64,000 nt of DNA from Patescibacteria group bacterium (GTDB lineage: Bacteria; Patescibacteriota; UBA1384; XYA2-FULL-43-10; 1-14-0-10-43-13): positions 137,708 to 201,707 of the forward strand of contig JBAYHC010000001.1 in NCBI GenBank assembly GCA_041666325.1. Direction: 5' to 3'. Below, one piece after another: positions 52,701 through 60,838 of the stretch. The number at the start of each line of letters is the position of its first letter. Within the stretch, counting starts at the first letter, position 1. The notes beneath the pieces are model-generated. The model was not told the origin of the DNA, made no database searches, and was given only the letters and a program-made list of their open reading frames with translations. The position numbers and the translations under genes are program-made.

Positions 52701-54668
52701 CTAAAGTAAATCTTCCGGATCCACATCCCAAAAAAGATAGGGATTGGACTGAAACACTTCCGTTAATAATTTGTTTGGTAACTCACTTACTTTGAATATA
52801 ATGTGATAGCGATGCTTGTTACGGATTCTGGACAAAAACGCCTTCGCCGGACCAATATACTTCAGCTTTCTCTTGTCGGCCTCATGGGCAACCGCTTCGA
52901 TTAAATTCTTTGCTCTCTCCAGGTTAGCGTCCTCTGCGACAACCCGAACTAGGTGGGAAAACGGCGGATCGCCGAATTCTCTCCTATTCTTGATCTCACT
53001 TTCATAAAAAATATGATAATCATGGTCCTTGGCTGCAAGAATTGACTTTGCCTCCGGCCAATATGTCTGAATAATTGTTTTTCCCTCGTTTTCACCCCGC
53101 CCGCTTCTGCCAGAAACCTGCGTTAAGATCTGAAATGTCTTCTCGTCCGCTTTGTAGTACGGCAGATGAAGCCCGACATCGGCCGAAACAATCCCGACAA
53201 GGTCAACCGACGGTATATCAAGACCCTTAGCAATGATTTGAGTTCCGATCAAAATATCGATTCTGCCGCACTTCAAGTCGGCATAGAAATCGTGATAAGC
53301 ACCCTTGGTCGAAAGACTCTGGGAATCAACCCTGCGTATTCTGGCACGTGGAAACAACTGGCGAATCTCGCTCTCAATCTTTTCAACTCCAGCGCCGAAG
53401 TATTTGATCTTATAGCCGAGGCAAACAGGACAATTTAGAGGGACCTTGCCCTCATAATCACAATGGTGACAACTAAGATAGTTTTTACTACCGCTAACAT
53501 GGTAAACAAGAGGAATCGCACAATTTGGACAAAGCAAGACCGTGCCGCACTCTCGGCACGAAACGAATGTAGCCATCCCCCGACGATTCAAGAAAAGAAA
53601 AACCTGTTTCTTTTTGGCAAGCGCATTGGAAACTTCTTCCTGAAGACGAAGAGAAATTGGTGAATAGTTTTGAGCTTTCATCTCCTGGCGCAGGTCAACA
53701 ATAGTCGCTGGTGGCAAAGTTGACCGTTGATAACGGTTCCTTAGTTCAAAAAGATCGAATTCACCCACTGTGGTCTTATAAAAAGACTCTATTGTTGGTG
53801 TCGCACTACCCATGACAAGTAGTGCATCAGAATATTTGGCAAGTTGCAGAGCCACTTTGACCGCATGGTATTTTGGATTCTTTTCCTGTTTGTATGCCCC
53901 CTCGCCCTCCTCATCCAAAATAATGAGACCGAGATTCTTGCTTGGCACGAATAAAGCCGAACGAGGACCAACAATAATCGGTTTTGCTCCCGAGTAGAAA
54001 TCAAAGTAGTTCTTGTAGCGCTCTGATTTTGACAGGCCGGAGTGGATAAGGGCAACATTATCGCCAAAGCACTCGCGAAAACGCTCCATGGTTTGGGGTG
54101 TTAGGACGATTTCAGGAACAAGGACTACGACCTGCTTGCCCATATTAATAACTTCTTTTGCTAATCGAAGATAAACCTCAGTCTTACCTGAAGAAGTTAC
54201 CCCCAAAATCAAGGCCGGCTTCTTGGGACCGCTATCAAGCTTTCTTTTTAGGTCAAGAAAAACTGATTCCTGCTCGAGAGATAGCTTCTTTGGTATCGAT
54301 ATCTCATGCTCATCTTCTCTGGCCACTCGACCCGGCCGCTTCATTTCAGTCGGCAGGAAAAGCGACAGCGCCTCGCCTTGCGAACAAAGATAATACTCTG
54401 ACATCCACTTAATCAACGGAATATAGTGCGCCGGCAAGTTGAATGATGGATCAATACCGGTAATTTCCCTTAATTCAAAGGCAGACGGTTGGCTTGTCTC
54501 ATCTGAAATCCCTATAACTGCTCCACGGATTTTGTTCTTGCCGAATGGCGCTGAAACTATCGAACCAATACTAATCTGATCTTCCATCTCTCCTGGAACG
54601 AGATACGAAAAAACTTCTTTTTCAACGTTTGTTTTTTTTTCGGGAATAATATCAATTTTCATTGCCAA
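52701..54668 (-). CDS. priA: Primosomal protein N' (PriA helicase)
   Basis: Walker A LILGVTSSGKTEVYL, DExH helicase motifs and the Cys-rich zinc-binding insert (CRECGTVLLCPNC...CHHCDYEG...CPVC). Confidence 0.9.
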   Translation of the reverse strand: MAMKIDIIPEKKTNVEKEVFSYLVPGEMEDQISIGSIVSAPFGKNKIRGAVIGISDETSQPSAFELREITGIDPSFNLPAHYIPLIKWMSEYYLCSQGEALSLFLPTEMKRPGRVAREDEHEISIPKKLSLEQESVFLDLKRKLDSGPKKPALILGVTSSGKTEVYLRLAKEVINMGKQVVVLVPEIVLTPQTMERFRECFGDNVALIHSGLSKSERYKNYFDFYSGAKPIIVGPRSALFVPSKNLGLIILDEEGEGAYKQEKNPKYHAVKVALQLAKYSDALLVMGSATPTIESFYKTTVGEFDLFELRNRYQRSTLPPATIVDLRQEMKAQNYSPISLRLQEEVSNALAKKKQVFLFLNRRGMATFVSCRECGTVLLCPNCAIPLVYHVSGSKNYLSCHHCDYEGKVPLNCPVCLGYKIKYFGAGVEKIESEIRQLFPRARIRRVDSQSLSTKGAYHDFYADLKCGRIDILIGTQIIAKGLDIPSVDLVGIVSADVGLHLPYYKADEKTFQILTQVSGRSGRGENEGKTIIQTYWPEAKSILAAKDHDYHIFYESEIKNRREFGDPPFSHLVRVVAEDANLERAKNLIEAVAHEADKRKLKYIGPAKAFLSRIRNKHRYHIIFKVSELPNKLLTEVFQSNPYLFWDVDPEDLL

Positions 54669-54797
54669 TCAATTCTATTACACACCTTGGATCAAAGCAA
54701 ATGCCAAAGACCCTTGATATTTGCTCCAGCCCTGATACACTTGCCGATGAGAAAACACCACGAAGTCTGTGGGTTAATCTCGGGCCGAATCCCAGAC

Positions 54798-54911
54798 CTG
54801 CTCTGTGCCCGAAGGAGGTGTTTGATGGCTGGAGTGAAAACGAAGAAAGTGGCAACGCCCGTGGTCGCCCCAACTACTTGACGCAATTCGTCGTTTTCAG
54901 CACAGAGCAGG
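54798..54911 (+). promoter_or_regulatory. 12-bp perfect inverted repeat (CCTGCTCTGTGC / GCACAGAGCAGG) enclosing a strong SD plus an 18-codon ORF
   Basis: Read directly. Confidence 0.5.
54825..54881 (+). CDS. 18-aa ORF MAGVKTKKVATPVVAPTT with a near-perfect SD (AAGGAGGTG-N5-ATG); possible leader peptide or small protein
   Basis: Read directly. It is followed by a terminator at 54921-54946. Confidence 0.3.
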   Translation: MAGVKTKKVATPVVAPTT

Positions 54912-54920
54912 TCACCCCGG

Positions 54921-54946
54921 CCCGATTCACTGAATCGGGCTTTTTC
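54921..54946 (+). terminator. Rho-independent terminator CCCGATTCA-c-TGAATCGGG plus CTTTTT
   Basis: Read directly. Confidence 0.65.
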
Positions 54947-54948
54947 GA

Positions 54949-54976
54949 TTGACATTTTTTATTCTTATGGTATACT
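54949..54976 (+). promoter_or_regulatory. Sigma70 promoter TTGACA-16-TATACT for der, with a 145-nt structured leader
   Basis: Read directly. The leader contains the stem GTCTGC..GCAGAC and a GCCAGTGGCC plus T-run element. Confidence 0.55.
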
Positions 54977-55128
54977 TAATATGATCAAACATGTCTGCGT
55001 CGCAGACACTGATCGAACTCGGCCCTGGCGTTGCTTTACGTCGTGCTTCATCATCTCTCGGCACGTCGTCGTTCCCAGAGTAGCGCCAGTGGCCTTTTTT
55101 ACTTGATTAAACATAAGACATATTCGAA

Positions 55129-56457
55129 GTGATGGAAAAAACATCAACAAAAACAGTTGCAGTAGTTGGCCGACCAAACGTTGGTAAGTCAACCCTCTTT
55201 AACCGCCTTATCGGGAGGCGCGAGGCCATCGAATCACCAGTCCCAGGAACTACCAGGGACCGTCTTTTTGGGCAGGTTTCATGGCGAAATGAAACATTTG
55301 AACTAATTGATGTTGCCGGGATCGAAACAGGCACCAAGGGAGAGATCGCAAAAAATGTTCAAGAGAGTATCGAGGTTGGCATTGAGGCAGCTGATTTGCT
55401 TCTTTTCATCGTTGACTGGTGCGATAAATCCAATGATATCGATCGCCTTATTGCCAGAAAACTTCGTCGCTACAAAAAAGAGATTATTCTGGTTATAAAC
55501 AAAGTCGACAACACTCTTAGGAATCAAGACGTAGAGGAGTTCAAACGCTTGGGTGATTTTCCGATGGCTACCATTTCTGCCATATCAGGCAGAGGCACGG
55601 GGGATCTCCTTGACCTGATTCATGAGAAGCTTAAAGCGGTACCATCTAGCCCGATTGAACCCGACCAAGAAGGTTCCATAAAATTGGTTATTCTTGGCCG
55701 GCCCAATGTTGGTAAGTCAACTCTGCTAAATACTCTGATTGGCCAAAAAAGAGCAATAACCTCCGCTGAGCCAGGAACAACCAGGGATGCCATCTATATA
55801 AGCTTTATGCACAAAAACAAAAAAATTGAGCTTTCCGATACCGCTGGCATCAGACGTTCCGGCAAAATCGTAAAAGACACAATAGAGAGCTTCAGTGTTA
55901 TACGCGCCTGGAAAGCTTTTGATCAGGCCGATATTGCGATCGTTGTCATAGATGGCAACGAAGGAATTACGGCTGGTGACATTAAATTAATCGGCGAAGC
56001 AAAAGAACGCGGCAAAGGCGTTATATTAGCTGTCAACAAAATTGACCTGTGGGGAGATGCTGCCGAAAACAAGATTTCAGAGCAATTAGTTCTACTTCAA
56101 CACAAGCTAAATTTTGCTCCCTGGCTACCAGTTGTTTTTATTTCAGCCAAAGAGCAGCTGAATACGAAACCGCTTTTGAATCAAGTGGTCAAGGTCGAGG
56201 AGAGCCGCCGATCCATTATCCCAGAAGAAGACCTAGACGCCATTCTCAATTTTGCCAAGGAATCGAACAATCAACTCCAAAACATTGTCAAGCTCAAACA
56301 AAAAAGAAGTGCTCCCCCTACGTTTGATCTAGTCTACCAAGGGAAAACACCTCCTCACTACACACAAATGCGCTATTTAGAAAATAAATTTCGCGACCTC
56401 CATCCCCTAAACGGTACACCAATATTTATTGATGTAGTTCATAAAAACAAGGCGTAA
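55129..56457 (+). CDS. der: GTPase Der (EngA), two tandem G-domains plus a KH-like C-terminal domain
   Basis: GRPNVGKSTLFN and GRPNVGKSTLLN P-loops, DTAG motifs and NKxD. Confidence 0.9.
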   Translation: MMEKTSTKTVAVVGRPNVGKSTLFNRLIGRREAIESPVPGTTRDRLFGQVSWRNETFELIDVAGIETGTKGEIAKNVQESIEVGIEAADLLLFIVDWCDKSNDIDRLIARKLRRYKKEIILVINKVDNTLRNQDVEEFKRLGDFPMATISAISGRGTGDLLDLIHEKLKAVPSSPIEPDQEGSIKLVILGRPNVGKSTLLNTLIGQKRAITSAEPGTTRDAIYISFMHKNKKIELSDTAGIRRSGKIVKDTIESFSVIRAWKAFDQADIAIVVIDGNEGITAGDIKLIGEAKERGKGVILAVNKIDLWGDAAENKISEQLVLLQHKLNFAPWLPVVFISAKEQLNTKPLLNQVVKVEESRRSIIPEEDLDAILNFAKESNNQLQNIVKLKQKRSAPPTFDLVYQGKTPPHYTQMRYLENKFRDLHPLNGTPIFIDVVHKNKA

Positions 56458-56511
56458 CAAGAAACTCATTGACGAGTTGGGATACCCCGCAAGTAAGAAT
56501 CCAAGAGACAA

Positions 56512-57237
56512 TTACTTTTCCTGAGCACTGGATCTCTCAAGTCGCAAAGAAATTACGCTTAAGCCAGGATACTGAACTCTGCCGTGAACTTGAAGTCGAT
56601 CGAGTGGCTTAATACTAAGCCATGTTCTCCCGACAATATTTGATTTAGGTAGAGCACCCCACTCTCTAGAGTCAGATGAGTGCTGGCGATTGTCACCCAT
56701 GACAAAATATTCATCACTTTGCAGGGTTTTTTCGAGTACGGCCCTATCGGAAACGTAGGTTTGAATACTACTAGGCAAGTACTCCTCACTCAGAGCAACA
56801 CCCTTAGGATTGGCTTGGTTATAGACAGTAATTTTGTTGTTTTCGATTTTAACAGTCTCATTCGGGAGTCCAATAATCCTCTTGATATAGTTCACATTCG
56901 GATTCCCTGGGTAACGAAAAACCACAACATCACCTCGCTTGGGCTGTCCGCTCAAGTAGCTGATCTTCTCAGCAAGAAGATACTCACCATTAACATAGTT
57001 TGGCATCATTGACTCACCGTCAACTATGAATGGCTGAACAGCAAAGTAGCGTAGCGAAAAAGCCAGAACAAATACAACCACTGCCGTTTTTAGTAAATCG
57101 AATACGAAATAGAGGAAATCTCTAGCTGGATCACTCGGAACATCTAAATTATTGAGTTCCTCGGAGTTTGTTTCTTTGTCAAATTCATTTGTCATGCGAT
57201 TATTTGTTTTAATAATTAAACCTCGGATACGGCACAT
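56512..57237 (-). CDS. lepB: Signal peptidase I
   Basis: GESMMP (catalytic Ser), RGDVVVF, IKRIIGLPNETV (Lys box) and VMGDNRQHSSDSR. Confidence 0.9.
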   Translation of the reverse strand: MCRIRGLIIKTNNRMTNEFDKETNSEELNNLDVPSDPARDFLYFVFDLLKTAVVVFVLAFSLRYFAVQPFIVDGESMMPNYVNGEYLLAEKISYLSGQPKRGDVVVFRYPGNPNVNYIKRIIGLPNETVKIENNKITVYNQANPKGVALSEEYLPSSIQTYVSDRAVLEKTLQSDEYFVMGDNRQHSSDSREWGALPKSNIVGRTWLSIKPLDRLQVHGRVQYPGLSVISLRLERSSAQEK

Positions 57238-57381
57238 AATCGTACCACCTGCACCATCATTTTACCAGGCCTTGACAACGCCAGTCAACCAAGGAGTATA
57301 ATAAAATGCGCAATTAAATGAGTTATTTTTTAAATATTTCTATTTATAATTGCGCGCTATTTAATTAAAAGCTAGCAATAA

Positions 57382-58161
57382 ATGCACCCAGTGTTGTTTA
57401 AAATTGGGGAATTCAGCATCTCCACTCACGGAGTTTTGGCAGTGGTGGGAATTGTGTGCACTTCGGCGATTACTTATTTACTGGCCCACCGTCGCCTCAA
57501 CTGCACCTATCTATTCGATAATATCGTCTATGCTGTGCTGGCTGGAATTATCGGCGCAAGGCTAACGTATATCCTCCTATACCCAGAACAATTTTCAAGC
57601 TTGAATGATATGCTATTCATTTGGGAGGGGGGTCTCGTTTCCTACGGAGGTTTTATTCTTGGAGGACTGGCTCTTGCAGTTATCCTTAAATATCAGAGAG
57701 AACCTGTCCTCGAGTGGCTCGATATTCTGGCGATTTCATTCCCGGTTGGCATCATGTTTGGTCGTATCGGAGATATTTTTGCGGGAGAGTATTTTGGGGT
57801 AGCAACTCAAAGCAAATTATCCCTTGGCGGAGTTGTCCCGGTCACACTATATGAAGCAATTTGGGATTTGATGATTTTTTGTGTCTTATTCTTCTGCTTC
57901 CGCTTCTCCACCAAAAATTATCCTCGGGGCACCATGCTAGCACTAACTTGTGGTCTTTATGGGGGCGGAAGGTTTGTTATCGATTTTTGGCGAGACGAAA
58001 GTGACTTTTTTCTTCGTCTATCTCCCGGACAGGTAACAAGCCTAATGATCGCGGTTATTTCAACCGTTTATCTTGCGACGCTGATCGCCCCAATTATGAA
58101 AGGAAAAAATAATGCCAATAACAAAGACATTTTTAGAAAAGCAACGAAGAACATTACTTGA
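57382..58161 (+). CDS. lgt: Prolipoprotein diacylglyceryl transferase
   Basis: Multi-TM protein. The N-terminal PVLFKIGEFSISTHGVLAVVG resembles the Lgt signature, and FGRIGDIF is the Lgt signature region. Confidence 0.85.
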   Translation: MHPVLFKIGEFSISTHGVLAVVGIVCTSAITYLLAHRRLNCTYLFDNIVYAVLAGIIGARLTYILLYPEQFSSLNDMLFIWEGGLVSYGGFILGGLALAVILKYQREPVLEWLDILAISFPVGIMFGRIGDIFAGEYFGVATQSKLSLGGVVPVTLYEAIWDLMIFCVLFFCFRFSTKNYPRGTMLALTCGLYGGGRFVIDFWRDESDFFLRLSPGQVTSLMIAVISTVYLATLIAPIMKGKNNANNKDIFRKATKNIT

Positions 58162-58453
58162 GGAAAAGGGCCGCCTCGAAGAGCGAATTGCCCGTCTTCG
58201 CGAATACCCAGATTACGGCTTCGACGAGGAAGATAACGTTCGTGAGATTAGTGAATTCGAGAGCAATAGATCTTTTGAAACACAAATGCAGTATTTGCTT
58301 AACAAGGTAAACAGGGCGCTTGAAGCAATTAGTGATGGCACATATGGACAGTGCACAAAATGTAGCAGTGCCATCGAAGAGGGCCGGCTGGCTATCATGC
58401 CATACGCCGAGTTATGCGTTTCATGCAATATTGAAAACGAAATAATCAGATAA
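58112..58453 (+). CDS. DksA/TraR-family C4 zinc-finger protein
   Basis: C-terminal CTKCSSAIEEGRLAIMPYAELCVSCN (CxxC-N17-CxxC). Overlaps the lgt 3' end; the real start may be internal. Confidence 0.65.
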   Translation: MPITKTFLEKQRRTLLEEKGRLEERIARLREYPDYGFDEEDNVREISEFESNRSFETQMQYLLNKVNRALEAISDGTYGQCTKCSSAIEEGRLAIMPYAELCVSCNIENEIIR

Positions 58454-58485
58454 GCCAACAATAATACCAGACGAATTGAAGAGAA

Positions 58486-58902
58486 ATGGAAGACGGGTCT
58501 TCCATTTCTCGTATTTTAAGCAAATCGGCAATGAAAAAAACATCAATAATACTTATCCTGTGCCAAATCATTGATTTTGCCGCTTACCACCTTGAGGCGG
58601 GTGAGGTCAATAATCGATTTATATTCGGCTTTTACGGCAACAACTGGATTGCAATCCTCACTTCAATGATACTGCTAGCCGCAATTGTCCTTTGGCCGAC
58701 CACAAGACACATGGGCACACCCGTGACTCTGATTTTCGCCGGATCCCTCTCAAACGTTCTAGATCGAGTTATCTACGGCGGGGTAGTTGATTATATGGCG
58801 CTATGGCAGGTTACCCATTTCAACATCGCTGACACGCTAATCATTGCTGGCCTATTTGTTCTGCTCACAAGGATTGCTGAAAACAAAAAACTTCCTGTTT
58901 AG
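58486..58902 (+). CDS. lspA: Lipoprotein signal peptidase (SPase II)
   Basis: NRFIFGFYGNNW, FAGSLSNVLDRVIYGGVVDYM and FNIADTLI (catalytic Asp regions). The start is possibly at the internal MKKTS (58531). Confidence 0.8.
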   Translation: MEDGSSISRILSKSAMKKTSIILILCQIIDFAAYHLEAGEVNNRFIFGFYGNNWIAILTSMILLAAIVLWPTTRHMGTPVTLIFAGSLSNVLDRVIYGGVVDYMALWQVTHFNIADTLIIAGLFVLLTRIAENKKLPV

Positions 58903-58925
58903 GGAAGTTTTTTGTTAGTAGTAAT
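58895..58925. terminator. Bidirectional terminator AACTTCC-tgtttag-GGAAGTT between lspA and rplT
   Basis: Read directly; the hairpin is flanked by A and T runs. Confidence 0.65.
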
Positions 58926-58931
58926 CTATTC

Positions 58932-59276
58932 CTATTTTGTTGCTTTTTCAACAAGCTCTTTGAATACTGCTGGCTGATTTTCAGCGATATCGGCTAGCAT
59001 TTTTCGATCTAGGGTTATGTTTGCGTCAGCAAACTTTTTCATCAATGTTGAGTAGTTTAATCCCATTGCTCGAGCTGCAGAGTTGATTTGCTGAATCCAC
59101 AGAGCCCTGAATACTCTTTTTTTGACACGTCGATCTCTATAAGCGTGCTGACCAGCCTTATAAACAGCCTGTTTTGCTAACTTAAAAACAGACTTGCGAC
59201 GGCCCTGATAGCCCTTGGCAAGCTTGATTATCTTTTTGTGTTTAGCGTGCCTGGTTGTTCCTCGCTTAACTCGCAT
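58932..59276 (-). CDS. rplT: 50S ribosomal protein L20
   Basis: [50 protein letters not shown]... Confidence 0.95.
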   Translation of the reverse strand: MRVKRGTTRHAKHKKIIKLAKGYQGRRKSVFKLAKQAVYKAGQHAYRDRRVKKRVFRALWIQQINSAARAMGLNYSTLMKKFADANITLDRKMLADIAENQPAVFKELVEKATK

Positions 59277-59459
59277 GCATTCTCCTTCGGGAACTAAAGC
59301 GTCAGTTTGGTTACTGCTCTTGGTTGCTCGCTCCCAGATTATTTTGAGTAAATCTAAATATAATACTCGCCCACTATCGTGATCTTGATAAAAAACCTAA
59401 CACAGAGACCACTCAACCAATCTCGTTCAAGGGGACGACTTCGTTACTTAAAAACAAAG

Positions 59460-59651
59460 CTATAGATACGGGGCCAGCCTATTAACCTTCGCCTTGTCAA
59501 CGGTCTTAATCTCGATAAGAGTTCTGGTTCGATCAGTCTTGTGAGACAGAAGGTGGCTCTTGGCAGCCTTAACTCGAACAAGTTTACCTGACCCGGTTTG
59601 TTTAACTCGCTTGACTGTTGCTTTGTGAGTTTTTAGTTTCATGTTTGCCAC
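59460..59651 (-). CDS. rpmI: 50S ribosomal protein L35
   Basis: MANMKLKTHKATVKRVKQTGSGKLVRVKAAKSHLL... Confidence 0.9.
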   Translation of the reverse strand: MANMKLKTHKATVKRVKQTGSGKLVRVKAAKSHLLSHKTDRTRTLIEIKTVDKAKVNRLAPYL

Positions 59652-59659
59652 CCAGTAAA

Positions 59660-60163
59660 TTAATTAACACTAGACTGATTTTTACGCTTGGTTAGAATTC
59701 CGGAAATAAGATTTCCAGCCCTCGACGGCGAACTTTCGTATTCTAATCCAGACTGTTCGCTAAATTTTTTGAAAACCTCGAACGCCTGATCAGCAAAGAC
59801 ATTTTCCCGACCGCGTAATCGCATCGAAACCTTAACCTTGTTGCCACGATCAAAAAATTCCTTTGCCTGCTTAGCCTTATATTCAATGTCGTGATCGCCA
59901 ATTTTAGCTGTTAAGCGGATCTCTTTCAATCCACTTTCTTTTTGCTTGGCTCGGCTCTCTTTCTCTTTTTTGGATTGATCGTATTTGAATCTACCGTAGT
60001 CCATGATTCTGCACACTGGGGGGCGTGAGGTAGAGTTTATCTCCACCAAATCAAGTCCCTGCTCTCGCGCCAAAGCCAAAGCGTCACGGGTGATCATCTC
60101 GCCCAGTATTTGGCCCTCACTGCCAACAACCATTACGGGCGAAAACCGAATTCGCTCGTTCAC
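59660..60163 (-). CDS. infC: Translation initiation factor IF-3
   Basis: MNERIRFSPVMVVGSEGQILGEMITRDALALAREQGLDLVEIN... It heads the infC-rpmI-rplT operon. Confidence 0.9.
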   Translation of the reverse strand: MNERIRFSPVMVVGSEGQILGEMITRDALALAREQGLDLVEINSTSRPPVCRIMDYGRFKYDQSKKEKESRAKQKESGLKEIRLTAKIGDHDIEYKAKQAKEFFDRGNKVKVSMRLRGRENVFADQAFEVFKKFSEQSGLEYESSPSRAGNLISGILTKRKNQSSVN

Positions 60164-60302
60164 TCGATAAAACTTTTCCTTAATAATGGAAGCTCCTTTT
60201 AATCATTCTCGGTTACTACTTAGTAAAATAACATAAAGATCGTTTTTGGTCAACAGTAAAAAATGTCTATTGAGCTTGCAATAATCACCATTTAATCGAA
60301 AA

Positions 60303-60791
60303 CCCCCAAAGCAGACAATAAGCCGAGTTCTGTACCCGCCGCGAAGCGGCGGGACAAAAAAACTTTATGAACTAAAGAACGAAAGAACAGGTGGGAAATC
60401 AACTTTTTAACTATTAACGCCCTGGTTGTTCTTTGGTTTTTTAGTTTTTCGGTTCTTCGGTCCCGATGCTTCGCATCGGGGGATGGCAATCTATCTACGC
60501 GTGAAGACCTCGCATATCTTCCGAGCAGGAATAATGATATGTTCGGCCCACTTCACTTTCACCTAACGAGGCTTGCCACAGACGTACATCGCTGCACGAA
60601 CGCGTGTGCTCTTACCACACGATTTCACCCTTACCGGTCGTGCATAGCACGACTTAGGCGGTTTTTTTTCTGTTGCGCTTTTCTTAAACTTCACAGCCTA
60701 CTTACTCTCGTAAGCGTTATTGCTCTATGGTGCCCGGACTTTCCTCCATCCCGATAACTCGGGACAGTAGCCATCTAATCTACTTCGGGGG
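60303..60791 (-). ncRNA. rnpB: RNase P RNA (bacterial type; about 490 nt with an expanded central/3' region)
   Basis: The minus strand carries GGAGGAAAGTCCGGGCACCATAGAGCA (P4 5' strand), GCAACAGAAAAAAAACCGCC, GGTAAGGGTGAAA...GTGGTAAGAGCACAC and ACAGAACTCGGCTTAT (P4 3' strand). The P1 helix pairs CCCCCGAAGUAG at the 5' end with CUGCUUUGGGGG at the 3' end. The UUCG-capped stem CCCGCCGC-UUCG-GCGGCGGG sits just before the P4 3' strand. Confidence 0.85.
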
Positions 60792-60838
60792 CCAGGTTAT
60801 TATAACTCAAGATCATAAAACCGTCAAGATCGCTGTAA

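Noticed and set aside
54692-54955. 87-aa minus-strand ORF in the priA-der spacer
   Set aside because: It would have to read through a strong terminator hairpin and overlaps the der promoter. The plus-strand mini-ORF with a perfect SD explains the region better.
60292-60489. 65-aa minus-strand ORF
   Set aside because: It lies entirely inside the RNase P RNA gene.
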